A DNA stretch of 64,000 nt from a cyanobacterium endosymbiont of Rhopalodia gibba. GTDB lineage: Bacteria > Cyanobacteriota > Cyanobacteriia > Cyanobacteriales > Microcystaceae. The notes under the pieces were generated by a model. The model was given only the letters and a program-made list of their open reading frames with translations. It ran no database searches and was not told where the DNA came from. The DNA lies in contig CP067995.1 in the NCBI GenBank assembly GCA_045159875.1, positions 416,001 through 480,000 of the forward strand, given 5' to 3'. Positions 1 through 9,886 of this stretch are shown piece by piece. Positions within the stretch are counted from its first letter, which is position 1. Every line of letters starts with the position of its first letter. The position numbers and the translations under genes are program-made.

Positions 1-829
1 TTCCTGAGTCAGGATTTATCTTAGCTAAAGAGAAACTGGTAGTATTTAGAATTAATTGAATTGGGTGATTTTTAAGTTGTTTAAAATAGTCAATTAGTTT
101 TTCCTGAACCTCCAGATCTCGTAAAGAAGAAACAAAGATTGGACAAGGATTTAAGCCGCTTTCGGCTAATGCTTGACAAAGGTTATCAATAACTAGTAAA
201 TTACCTGCTAAATAATTAGAACGATAAAAAAGTAAGGCAGTTTTTGGATAAGAATCAAGAGAAGTCTTATCTGAAAACTGCCAAGAGTATAGACCAAACT
301 TAGGAACAGGTTGGGGAGCGGGAGGATGATAGGATGTTTTTTTATAAATATCACAGATGAATTTTAAAGCATTTACCCAATTTTCTATGCCCCCTTCAGT
401 TAAATACCGCCATAATTGATTACTGTGACTTAAAGAAACTGTGGAATGACTCATTAAATCAGGATCAGGGTGATCATCGCCTGGTAGAATGAAAAGATGA
501 ATCTTTAGAGAAATTGCTAGTTCTTTAACAACTTCTAATCCATAAGACCAATAGGAGCGACCCCCTAATAATCGTAAAACAATAACCTTAGCTTGGGACA
601 ATACTGTGTCGGCATAGCTATCAATACTCAATTGTTGTTGCAATTGTAGAAAATTAACAGCCCGTATTACGGGAAAATTAGTCGGTAAATGGTTAATTGC
701 ATAGGCTAGGATTTGAATATCTGTATCGGCTGCACTAAGGAAAATAATCGGAGCTGGGTTTTGTTCAACAAAGATTACACCTTCGTTATCAGAATTCCAG
801 CCTCCTGGGGTAGCAGCAATTCGATGCAT
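1..829 (-). CDS. cobN: Cobaltochelatase subunit CobN, N-terminal part (runs off the window edge)
   Basis: Manual translation from ATG at 829 (RBS AAGGAG upstream): MHRIAATPGGWNSDNEGVIFVEQNPAPIIFLSAADTDIQ...VLRLLGGRSYWSYGLEVV...ILPGDDHPDPDLMSHST..., open to position 1. Typical cyanobacterial CobN N-terminus. Not in the ORF track, presumably because it has no stop in the window. Confidence 0.9.
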   Translation of the reverse strand, partial: MHRIAATPGGWNSDNEGVIFVEQNPAPIIFLSAADTDIQILAYAINHLPTNFPVIRAVNFLQLQQQLSIDSYADTVLSQAKVIVLRLLGGRSYWSYGLEVVKELAISLKIHLFILPGDDHPDPDLMSHSTVSLSHSNQLWRYLTEGGIENWVNALKFICDIYKKTSYHPPAPQPVPKFGLYSWQFSDKTSLDSYPKTALLFYRSNYLAGNLLVIDNLCQALAESGLNPCPIFVSSLRDLEVQEKLIDYFKQLKNHPIQLILNTTSFSLAKINPDSG

Positions 830-939
830 TTAAACTCCTTATCTTTAAAAATTATTAGGTTTCGGGTATGGCGTAGTGAATTAGGTAGATCCTGGATCAA
901 GGGTTTTACCTGCGTTGTCTCTAACTGTCTCCAAGATTA

Positions 940-3231
940 ATGACTCGTTTTCAAGACTCTATCTTACGCCGAACTATATCCATTAGAGTGTTCGAGGAAT
1001 TAGGTTCTCTCTGGCGACAACTTGCAGCAATGGAGGAAATCAAGGGAACATTAATTACACAGGAGATGATCCTAGCAGAAATTCCTAATCCTAACAGGAG
1101 TTTAGCAGAAGGACATTTTTCCTTATTAATATCTTCTGAATTAAGTCTTTTATTGCAGGGAACCTTTGATACCACTGCCTTATGTTATCAGGCAAGTATT
1201 ATTTGGGATCAACAGGTGATTGCAGACTTTATTAATGATCTCAAACAAAATCTTGCCCCCTCATTTATCTTATGCGAGCTTCTCACGCAATTTTCTTTGA
1301 GTCAACAGATTTCATCAAGTTTCCTAGAAAAGATTTTTATCACTCAATTATTTAATATTTTAGCCCCAGATTCTATCAATGATTCTCAAAAAATTTATAG
1401 AGGTTCTGGTTTTTATAAACTAGAGGATACTCTGCGGCAGAAAATTGCCCAGGAACGATTACTAAAGCAAATTATTACCAAAATTCGCCAAAATTTAGAT
1501 TTATCAAGTATTCTAGAAACGGCAGTTAGAGAACTCAGAAGTTTTCTTCAAGTTGATCGGTCAGTTATTTATGAATTTGGTTATGACAAATCCGAGTATT
1601 CATCAGATATTAAGTCTAATCAAAATTTGGGATGTGTTACCTACGAATCTAAGCTTTTTACTAAAATTCCCTCTCTTTTAAATGTTACTGCTGAAGATAA
1701 TCATTTTTACTATATTATTAGTTATCGGGAAGAATCTAGTCGAGGTTCGATTATAGCTATAGAAGACGTAGAGCAAACTTGCTCCTCATCATTTTGTTTT
1801 ACACAATTTTTTGAAAAATATTGGATAAAGTCTGAATTAATTGCCCCTATTATTGTTGAAGAGACACTTTGGGGACTACTAATCGCTCATCAATGTTTTG
1901 AAAAAAGACAGTGGTTTGATAGTGAAAAAAACTTTTTAGGACAAATTGGAGAATATTTGGCAATCGCTATTTATCAAGCTCAATTGTATGCCCAAGTTCA
2001 AGAACAAAAGAAAACCTTTGAACAGCGAGTTATTGAAAGAACAAAAGAACTTCGAGATGCTTTGTTATCATCCCAGGCAGCGAACCATTCTAAAAGTGAA
2101 TTTTTAGGGAATATGAGCCATGAATTACGGACTCCCTTAACCTGTATCATTGGATTGTCAGGAACATTGTTATATTGGTCAGGAGAAAATAAATCGTTCC
2201 CTTTACACAAGCAAAGACAATATCTTCAGACTATTCAAGATAGTGGAAAACATTTGTTAGAAATAATTAATGAAATACTAGAATTTTCTAAGCTAGAAGC
2301 TGGTAAATATGTTTTATCTATTCAAGAATCTAATTTAGAAAATATAGCTAAAACTGCCTATCAAAAATTCAAAAAAGAAGCTAACCAAAGAAATATTAAA
2401 TTAGTATTAGAATTCAAAGTAGAAAGTCAAGAAGAAAATCAGTTTTTTGCCGATCCTGAAAGACTACAACAAATTCTCTGTCATTTATTGAATAATGCCT
2501 TAAAATTCACATCGGAAGGAGGAACGGTTATCTTAAGGATTTGGCGGGCAGGAAATCAAGGGAGTTTTCAAGTAGAAGATACGGGAATTGGAATTGCTAA
2601 AAACAAAATTCCTCTCCTATTCGAATCATTTCAACAGTTGGAAACTTCTCGGCAACGTACTTATGGAGGAACCGGACTAGGGTTAGCTTTAACTAAACAA
2701 TTAGTTGAACTTCATGGAGGAACAATTGAGGTGGAATCTGTTTTAAAAAAAGGATCAATCTTTACGGTTAGATTACCTAATCAACCCCAACGCCAACTCA
2801 AATCATCAGGAAATTTAAAGCGTGATCTATTACTTTTTAAAAGTAATAGAAGTATTGTTTTGATTGAAAGTAATGAAGAAATTGCCACATTGGTAGGAGA
2901 ACTATTAACGGCAGCTAATTATCAATTTATCTGGTTGATAGATAGTGCTACTGCAGTTAAGACTATTGAACTTTTGGAGCCAACTGCTGTTATTCTAGAT
3001 CAAGATTTGACCGATGCTTATCAAATTAGCGACACCCTTAAACAGTTACACAATACTAAATCAATTAAAGTTCTGTTACTGAGTCATCAAATATCCTCAA
3101 CAGATTGGACAGATATTTCTCAAAGGGGAATCGATGATTATCTATTAAAACCTATTCAACCTAATCTTTTGTTGAAAAGAATTAATGCTTTAATGTCTAC
3201 TGAAAATAATGAGGAAAATAAGTTCATGTAA
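940..3231 (+). CDS. cikA: Circadian input kinase CikA-like hybrid histidine kinase (GAF-HisKA-HATPase-receiver)
   Basis: 763 aa. GAF domain (LWGLLIAHQC..RQW), H-box KSEFLGNMSHELRTPLTCIIGLSGTLL, N/G boxes, C-terminal receiver-like domain. Confidence 0.85.
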   Translation: MTRFQDSILRRTISIRVFEELGSLWRQLAAMEEIKGTLITQEMILAEIPNPNRSLAEGHFSLLISSELSLLLQGTFDTTALCYQASIIWDQQVIADFINDLKQNLAPSFILCELLTQFSLSQQISSSFLEKIFITQLFNILAPDSINDSQKIYRGSGFYKLEDTLRQKIAQERLLKQIITKIRQNLDLSSILETAVRELRSFLQVDRSVIYEFGYDKSEYSSDIKSNQNLGCVTYESKLFTKIPSLLNVTAEDNHFYYIISYREESSRGSIIAIEDVEQTCSSSFCFTQFFEKYWIKSELIAPIIVEETLWGLLIAHQCFEKRQWFDSEKNFLGQIGEYLAIAIYQAQLYAQVQEQKKTFEQRVIERTKELRDALLSSQAANHSKSEFLGNMSHELRTPLTCIIGLSGTLLYWSGENKSFPLHKQRQYLQTIQDSGKHLLEIINEILEFSKLEAGKYVLSIQESNLENIAKTAYQKFKKEANQRNIKLVLEFKVESQEENQFFADPERLQQILCHLLNNALKFTSEGGTVILRIWRAGNQGSFQVEDTGIGIAKNKIPLLFESFQQLETSRQRTYGGTGLGLALTKQLVELHGGTIEVESVLKKGSIFTVRLPNQPQRQLKSSGNLKRDLLLFKSNRSIVLIESNEEIATLVGELLTAANYQFIWLIDSATAVKTIELLEPTAVILDQDLTDAYQISDTLKQLHNTKSIKVLLLSHQISSTDWTDISQRGIDDYLLKPIQPNLLLKRINALMSTENNEENKFM

Positions 3232-3622
3232 GTTGTTATTTTTATTTAAAATTCCTTAAAATTATTTAGTTACTATTATCTTTCATCAAAGCAATAGATA
3301 AACAATCTAGCTTCTTCTTACTCTTATTCTAAATTATTGCCATACTCCTATAAATGTACTCTGTATAATAACTGTCAACTTAAATCTAATAAAAATTTAA
3401 ATTTCTCTAAAGTTAATTTAATTAACCAGTAATTTTGTTGATAAATTTGACATTAGTAATTATCGGTAGTTTACTGGGTTTGAGTTGTAATTTAGTTTTT
3501 AAAATCTTAAGTAAGACAAACATATAAAATAACTTAAGTTTTTTAAGTTAAACCAAAAAAGTCATACTTCTAACTAAAAGAAGTCTAAGGCAATTAAATT
3601 AATATAAACTAGAAAACAAACC

Positions 3623-4294
3623 ATGAAAATACCGCAGTCTAGTCTTCTTGTCTCCTGTCAGTCTCCTATAAATTCTCCCTTACACGACCCAGAAATTATA
3701 GCAGCCATAGCTAAGGCTTCTATTAATCAGGGAGCAAAAGGCATTAGAGTTGATACTCCATCCCATGTTAAAGCTGTTCGAAAATTATTGCCTAATATCC
3801 CAATTATTGGTTTGTGGAAACGTTACTATCAAGGGTATGATGTTTACATTACTCCTTGTTTTTCCGATGCGCTAGAAATTGCTGACGCAGGGGCTGATAT
3901 TATTGCTATTGATGCAACCCTCCGAAACCGTCCTCAAGGGGAAACCATGGTGAATTTAATTAAGCAAATTCATCAAGAATTAGGGACATTAGTCATGGCT
4001 GATGTAGATACTATTAAAAATGCGCTCGCTTCGAGTCAAGCAGGGGCAGACTATGTAGGAACCACACTTTACGGATATACTAAAGAAACAGAAAGTTTGT
4101 CTCCTCCTGGGTATTCTTTATTGCAAGAAATGGTTGAACAATTAGATATTCCTATTATTTGCGAAGGGGGAGTTAGCAACCCTCAGGATGCAAAAAAAGC
4201 TTTAGAATATGGAGCCCATAGTGTTGTTGTAGGGACAGCTATTACAGGAATTGATTTAAAAGTCAAAGCATTTAATTCTGTTTTTATTAATTAA
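3623..4294 (+). CDS. nanE: N-acetylmannosamine-6-phosphate 2-epimerase
   Basis: LLVSCQ, PIIGLWKR, YITP, IIAIDATLRNRP, VMADV, VGTTLYGYT, VVVGTAIT motifs. Confidence 0.9.
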   Translation: MKIPQSSLLVSCQSPINSPLHDPEIIAAIAKASINQGAKGIRVDTPSHVKAVRKLLPNIPIIGLWKRYYQGYDVYITPCFSDALEIADAGADIIAIDATLRNRPQGETMVNLIKQIHQELGTLVMADVDTIKNALASSQAGADYVGTTLYGYTKETESLSPPGYSLLQEMVEQLDIPIICEGGVSNPQDAKKALEYGAHSVVVGTAITGIDLKVKAFNSVFIN

Positions 4295-4326
4295 TAAAAC
4301 ATCAATTTTTTAAATTATTTTAAATT

Positions 4327-4893
4327 ATGTATTCCGATAATCAATCAGCTATTTATCGAAGGTTTTCTAAAGTTCCTATTGATCGTAGGGCTTATGCTTT
4401 TGTCCTGGATTTTGTGACTATTTGGTTGATTGGTTCATTTTTTAGAGGGATTTTACAAGGACTTATTTTTATTATTTGTTGGCTAACATTACGGGTTATT
4501 TTAGTAGAAAAAAATCAGGGGCAAAGTTTAGGAAGTTGGGCGTTTAACATGAAAGTGATTAATGTCGAATTCAGTAAAATTCCAGGATTAATTGAATTAG
4601 CTAAACGAGAAGGTATTTTAGGACTTGTATCTTTATTAGCAATGATCGGATTGAGGATGGGCTTCCGTAATGGTTTATCAATGTTGTTATTAACAATGCC
4701 CTTATTAGTCGACTGTGGAATAGTCCTTGGAGATCAGGAGTTAAATCAAGCATTTCATGATCGTATCGCTGGTACTATTATGGTACAAACTAATCGAGGA
4801 TTTTCTCTGGATTTACGGTTAAAAAGACTCCAGTTTATCATCAAAGGTAAAATCAAAAGTTCTCGAGATAGAGATAAGTATAGAGATGATTGA
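4327..4893 (+). CDS. RDD family membrane protein
   Basis: RRAYAFVLDF...GQSLGSWAFNMKVI...QAFHDRIAGT motifs. Confidence 0.8.
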   Translation: MYSDNQSAIYRRFSKVPIDRRAYAFVLDFVTIWLIGSFFRGILQGLIFIICWLTLRVILVEKNQGQSLGSWAFNMKVINVEFSKIPGLIELAKREGILGLVSLLAMIGLRMGFRNGLSMLLLTMPLLVDCGIVLGDQELNQAFHDRIAGTIMVQTNRGFSLDLRLKRLQFIIKGKIKSSRDRDKYRDD

Positions 4894-4934
4894 AAACAGA
4901 AAATACAGCAGTAGACAAATATATTCAAAAACAA

Positions 4935-4952
4935 AGTCCGCTTTTGCGGACT
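4935..4952. terminator. Hairpin between convergent RDD and jag genes
   Basis: AGTCCGC-TTTT-GCGGACT with an A-rich run on its left. Confidence 0.55.
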
Positions 4953-4986
4953 GATGAATCTAAAAAATCATTAACTAATAAACGGC

Positions 4987-5475
4987 TTATCGAAGTTTGA
5001 CCACTAATCGCCTATTAGGTTCTTGTCCACGACTTTCTGTCTCCATATCTTCCACATCCTTCAACAAAGTGTGGATTTGACGGCGTTCTGCTGATGAGAG
5101 GGGGGACATTTCTACCTCCTGTCCCGTCTGTCGCACCTGTTGAACCACCTCAAGCGTCCAGGTGAAAATTTCTTCCTGACGCTTGAGACGATAGCCATTG
5201 AGCTCAACCGTATATCTCCGTTGTTCTCTGGATTCTACATTCAAATTAATGAGAGTATTAGCTAGATATTGAATCGCATCTATCCCTGCTCCCTGTTCCT
5301 TTAAGAGGATATTAGTCTGTTGGGGAGTTAGCTGAGTTTGATCAATCGTCAGCCAGGATTCGGAGGACTCATCAGAGTGACTCTTCTTGTCTTGAACCTT
5401 AACTTGTGCTGTTAACCCCATTAAAGTTAATAGGGTTTCGAGCCAAGCTTTACCTGAGTGGACTTCTCTCTCCAT
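4987..5475 (-). CDS. jag: Jag/EloR (KH-R3H) RNA-binding protein
   Basis: R3H motif LSSAERRQIHTLL...TESRGQEPNRRLVV, downstream of yidC. Start set at MEREVHSG (ATG 5475). Confidence 0.85.
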   Translation of the reverse strand: MEREVHSGKAWLETLLTLMGLTAQVKVQDKKSHSDESSESWLTIDQTQLTPQQTNILLKEQGAGIDAIQYLANTLINLNVESREQRRYTVELNGYRLKRQEEIFTWTLEVVQQVRQTGQEVEMSPLSSAERRQIHTLLKDVEDMETESRGQEPNRRLVVKLR

Positions 5476-5509
5476 CTTGACAACTTGTAACCTATTGTTA
5501 ACTAGCAAA

Positions 5510-6661
5510 TTAAGACGTTTTCTTTTTAGATCTTTTTTTCTCGAAGGGAAGAGCTTCTTGGATTGTTTCAACCTTTTCGATTTTCTCAGCCTTTTCTTGC
5601 TGTGCAACCAATTTTTGTAGGTTCTCTGGTAGAGGTTCCCTCATCAAAATGACCGTCTGTAGGGTCTGGAAAACATTGGCCACAACAATATACATCAACA
5701 CCCCTGCTGGCAAAGGAAAGAAGAGAAACATCCCACTAAAAATCACGGGAGTAATTTTATTTACTGCCTGTTGCTGTTGCGCTCCTCCGCCTGAAGAACC
5801 GGATAATTCTTGATTTAGATAAATACTAATACCAAAGAACAAAACCATGGCCAGGATGTCCAAGTTGATAGTTCCATCATCCCCCATAACACCAACTCGT
5901 CCTAAGGCTTCAATAAATAAGAAACCTGTCTTGGCAGCAATCCCTGGAATAGTGGCTTCGATAGTTACTTCCCCAGGGGCTAAGGCCTCTATTGTTCCAT
6001 CTTCGTTTATTTTAACTCGTTCTGAGCCTTTTATGACTTCAAAGGTGGGCTTAATATCACTTTCAGGGGTTTCAGCGACCAATTTCATAAGGGACTGACC
6101 TTCAGTCGTTTGAAATTGAACTCTAGTCTTTTCCCCAACTGCTAATTTAGTCCCTCCAGGGAGTAAAGCCGTGATGGGGTAATGAAGACCATCGCTAATA
6201 TAGATGTTACTAGGTTTTGTCGTAAAAGGTTGAGGGACAACACGCTCAATTTGTTCGCTAGGGAGAATTTGAAGATCAACTGTATAGTTAATGTCAGCAA
6301 AGGGCGACCCCCGTAAGGTAGCAAATAGAGCAAAGAGAATGGGCATTTGTAGCAACAAGGGTAAACAACCCGCCAAAGGATTGCCAAACTCCTGCATCAC
6401 CTTTCCCATTTCTTCTTGTTGTTTCGCAGGATCGTCTTTGTAGCGTCGCTGAATTTCTTCTTGTCGCTCTTTCATTAGAGGCTGAGTAATCTTCATTTTT
6501 CGCATATTGCGAATTTGCCCTGCACTCAAGGGGTAAAGTCCAAAGCGAATTACTAGGGTTAAGGCAATAATCGCAAAACCGTAGCTAGGCACAATCCTGT
6601 AGAAGAAATCCAGGATTGGCAGCATAATGTTTGTGGAAATAAATCCGACACCAAAGTCCAT
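5510..6661 (-). CDS. yidC: Membrane protein insertase YidC
   Basis: [50 protein letters not shown] motifs; rpmH-rnpA-yidC-jag synteny. Confidence 0.95.
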   Translation of the reverse strand: MDFGVGFISTNIMLPILDFFYRIVPSYGFAIIALTLVIRFGLYPLSAGQIRNMRKMKITQPLMKERQEEIQRRYKDDPAKQQEEMGKVMQEFGNPLAGCLPLLLQMPILFALFATLRGSPFADINYTVDLQILPSEQIERVVPQPFTTKPSNIYISDGLHYPITALLPGGTKLAVGEKTRVQFQTTEGQSLMKLVAETPESDIKPTFEVIKGSERVKINEDGTIEALAPGEVTIEATIPGIAAKTGFLFIEALGRVGVMGDDGTINLDILAMVLFFGISIYLNQELSGSSGGGAQQQQAVNKITPVIFSGMFLFFPLPAGVLMYIVVANVFQTLQTVILMREPLPENLQKLVAQQEKAEKIEKVETIQEALPFEKKRSKKKTS

Positions 6662-6771
6662 TCGTCTTAATCCAAGCGGTCTCGCTGTAGAGTTATCTGT
6701 AGTTTACTTTACCGAATATTGGTAATAAAAGAAGAGGTTAAGGAGCCTCTAACCTGGTCTAATTTTAAAAT

Positions 6772-7163
6772 CTATCTGCTGATAATTGCTCCAACAGGGT
6801 TTCCTGTCTTAGTCACAACTTTTTCAGCCATATAGTCATAAGCCTTACGGAAGTTAGGAACTGCTTTCAACTCCAGACGATTTTTACCTCGGAAACAATA
6901 TCGTCCCATAGTTCGATTGTTTCTCGTGGTATTTTAACCATTTTGACAATTTCGTCATAGACAATGTCGGTATGAACGTATCTCATCCAACCATCTGTGA
7001 CATAAATCTGATGATTTGTAATGCAGTAACGCAACCAAATTGCTCTGAGTACAGCCCTCTCCGTAAGAGGTAAGCAAATAACTGCAAATCTCAGGAAAAC
7101 ACTAATAATTAAGTCCCCAATATGAGGACATCCCTTATAAAGGGTATTCTTTCGTATGTTCAT
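6772..7163 (-). pseudogene. Frameshifted PH-domain (bPH_2-like) gene of the rnpA-yidC operon
   Basis: The ORF GCPHIGDLII...RAIWLRYCITN...TDIVYDEIVK stops at 6867. The expected C-terminus RLELKAVPNFRKAYDYMAEKV...* continues in another frame to 6772. Confidence 0.7.
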
Positions 7164-7518
7164 AGACAATATTAGATTTGATGAACAACTGCTTTAATTC
7201 TCGCAGAAAATACTCATAATTGCACTCACTTTGATTATGCCGCACTGTAATTACTACTTCTAATCCGGGAGAAATTATGGGAAGCAAGGAGCGAATTACT
7301 GTTTTTATCTGTCGCTTAAGACGGTTGCGAACTACCGCTTTTTTACTAATTTTTTGGCTAATAGAAATACCAAACTGAGTTGGGAGCGGGATCATAGTTT
7401 GATGTTTTCTTGATAGTACTCGCATCAAAAAATGAGAACCTTTATAAAGTTGGCCCCGTTTATAAACAGCTTGGAAGTCTTTGGGTCTCTTTAGCCGATG
7501 GACTTTAGGCAATCCCAC
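7135..7518 (-). CDS. rnpA: Ribonuclease P protein component
   Basis: RLKRPKDFQAVY, GISISQKISKKAVVRNRLKRQ motifs. Confidence 0.95.
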   Translation of the reverse strand: MGLPKVHRLKRPKDFQAVYKRGQLYKGSHFLMRVLSRKHQTMIPLPTQFGISISQKISKKAVVRNRLKRQIKTVIRSLLPIISPGLEVVITVRHNQSECNYEYFLRELKQLFIKSNIVYEHTKEYPL

Positions 7519-7603
7519 TATATTACCTGGTTAGAATTGGGTTAGAAATGACTTACACGATAACCCATGTTGAACACTTTGTTTGTAATAAGGCTGACAA
7601 GGA

Positions 7604-7741
7604 TTAAACAGATAACCGGTATCGTCCTTTTTTTCTTCTAGCTTGAATCACATTACGACCGTTTTGAGTTCGCATTCGCACGCGAAAGCCTGATTTTCTC
7701 TTTTGCTTTCGATTGGTTCCTCCTAGGGTACGCTGAGTCAC
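7604..7741 (-). CDS. rpmH: 50S ribosomal protein L34
   Basis: Manual translation from [48 protein letters not shown] (45 aa, below the ORF cutoff). Confidence 0.95.
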   Translation of the reverse strand: MTQRTLGGTNRKQKRKSGFRVRMRTQNGRNVIQARRKKGRYRLSV

Positions 7742-8123
7742 AAATTTATTCCTCCGACAACGCTACCGTTTACTTGACGCCTTGAAAGACAAGGCCTCCT
7801 ATTGTACTCTTAAAAGCTAGACAAGTAAAGGACTGAGAAGTAATTTTTTAGACTAAAATTAGCTTAATTGTTTAACATAAGTGAGGTGAAATGACAATCT
7901 TATCCCTCACCCTAAAATTTATCTATTCTCCTACTAAACTTATAGAGTAATTAACCCTTTTTAGAAAAAATTTATTTTTGCAATAAATCGTCATGCCCTT
8001 AATTTATGTAGACTAGTTGTGGTAAGAGCAAAATTATGATTATACACTGGAGAATCTGACAATTGACTACAATAATTTTGAGGATTAAATATCAACTATG
8101 CTAATAGTTAATCTTAATTAAAT

Positions 8124-8780
8124 CTATCCATCTACGACAGAAGGACATAAATGGGCCAATTCACAATCAAGACAATTTGGTTTTCTAGCATGACAAGTTG
8201 CCCGACCATGGTAAATCATGCGAATTGAAAAATTTTCCCAATCAGGTTGAGGCAATAGTTTGATTAAATCTCTTTCAATTTTTACAGGATTAGTCTCTTT
8301 TGTTAATTTTAAACGTCTACTTAAACGTTTAACGTGGGTGTCTACTGTAACTCCTTGATTAAGTCCAAATCCGTGTGATAAAACTACGTTTGCAGTTTTG
8401 CGAGCAACTCCTGGTAGACTCAGCAACTTTTCTATTTCTTGAGGAACTTTCCCGTCAAATTCTTTAACGATTTTCTGACAAGAACACTGAATATTTTTAG
8501 CTTTATTTCGATAAAATCCTGTCGGACGTATCAATGTTTCTAATTCTTCTCGATTTGCCTGAGCTAAGGATGATGCATCAGGAAACTTCAAAAATAAATC
8601 TGGGGTAACTTTATTGACTCTTTTATCAGTACATTGTGCCGATAAAATCGTAGCAACTAAAAGCTGCACAGGAGAGCCATAAACCAAGCTACAAGTCGCA
8701 TTAGGATACAGCTGTTTCAGAAGATTTAATATCATTAATGCTCGCTGTTTTTTGTTTTTCCCCTTGTGCTCAATGCTCAT
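8124..8780 (-). CDS. nth: Endonuclease III
   Basis: LLVATILSAQCTDKRVN, HhH LPGVARKTANVV, VDTHV, C-terminal 4Fe-4S Cys cluster. Start set at MSIEHK. Confidence 0.95.
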   Translation of the reverse strand: MSIEHKGKNKKQRALMILNLLKQLYPNATCSLVYGSPVQLLVATILSAQCTDKRVNKVTPDLFLKFPDASSLAQANREELETLIRPTGFYRNKAKNIQCSCQKIVKEFDGKVPQEIEKLLSLPGVARKTANVVLSHGFGLNQGVTVDTHVKRLSRRLKLTKETNPVKIERDLIKLLPQPDWENFSIRMIYHGRATCHARKPNCLDCELAHLCPSVVDG

Positions 8781-8827
8781 ATTTTTATCTAAAAAATTAC
8801 ATACAATCAAACTCGTTGAAATAACTC

Positions 8828-9886
8828 TTAGAAAAAGGCTAAGTTAACAGTATCGCGAACAACAAGGAATAGTCCTAAACTAAGCAGTAACACTAACCCT
8901 GTTTGCATGATGCCTTCTTGCAATCTATTAGGTAAGGGTTTTCCTCGTAGTCCTTCTAGCATTAAAAAGATTAATTGACCGCCATCAAGAGCAGGTAAAG
9001 GTAAAATGTTGATAACAGCTAAGTTAATACTAATTAGCGCGCCAAATTGGAATAGATTTCCCGCATTATTTTGGGCAATATTAGCACCATACTCGACAAT
9101 TTTAACTGGACCGGCTACCTGTTTAGCATTTTCTTGGAAATTACTCACAAGTTGCCAAAATCCTTTAGCAGTTAGAGTCACTAAATTTTGAAAAGCATCT
9201 GCACTGTAAGTAAACGCATCAAGAAGTCCTTGAGACTTTTTCAAGTGTATATTAGGAACTAGTCCTACCCCAATTTTTCCTTGACCTTGGTCATTAGACT
9301 TTGGGGTAACGGTAACAGATAAAGTTTCGGCATCCCGTTCAATTGTAAAATGAAGAGGTTGATTAGGAGAGTTTTGGATTTTCTCGATAAAGAAGTCAGT
9401 CGCTTCGGGGAATTCATCTAAGGGAATATTGTTAACCTTAAGGATAATGTCTCCCGATTTCATTCCTGCTTCCATTGCTGCGGATGCGGGTTCAATAGTA
9501 GGAACAACTAGTCCAGATTGAATATCTTGGATACCAACAGTAGCAACTTGCGCCACCAGAAGAAAATAAGCCAAAATAAGATTGGCAATTACCCCTGCAC
9601 TGATGACAATGGCCCGATCAAATAGGGGACGGTTACGAAGTAAATTGGGGTCATCTAGGGGAATTTCACCATCGAGATCATCATCGGGAAATCCTACATA
9701 TCCCCCCAACGGAAAAGCACGGATAGCGTACTCAGTTTCAGTTCCCCTATACTTTACAAGACTTGGACCAAAACCGATAGAAAAGCGGTTAACTCTGATT
9801 CCTTGGAATCTTGCGGCGGCAAAATGACCTAATTCGTGGACGACAATTAACAACGCTAAAACTGCGATCGCTGCCAATACTGACAT
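8828..9886 (-). CDS. rseP: RIP metalloprotease RseP (M50 plus PDZ)
   Basis: HELGH, NILPLPALDGG and a PDZ domain. Confidence 0.93.
   Translation of the reverse strand: MSVLAAIAVLALLIVVHELGHFAAARFQGIRVNRFSIGFGPSLVKYRGTETEYAIRAFPLGGYVGFPDDDLDGEIPLDDPNLLRNRPLFDRAIVISAGVIANLILAYFLLVAQVATVGIQDIQSGLVVPTIEPASAAMEAGMKSGDIILKVNNIPLDEFPEATDFFIEKIQNSPNQPLHFTIERDAETLSVTVTPKSNDQGQGKIGVGLVPNIHLKKSQGLLDAFTYSADAFQNLVTLTAKGFWQLVSNFQENAKQVAGPVKIVEYGANIAQNNAGNLFQFGALISINLAVINILPLPALDGGQLIFLMLEGLRGKPLPNRLQEGIMQTGLVLLLSLGLFLVVRDTVNLAFF

Noticed and set aside
713..940. 75-aa plus-strand ORF
   Set aside because: Antisense shadow of the cobN start and the divergent promoter region.
5476..5607. Lys/Arg-rich N-terminal extension of Jag
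   Set aside because: Overlaps the yidC 3' end in another frame; the plausible start is ATG 5475.
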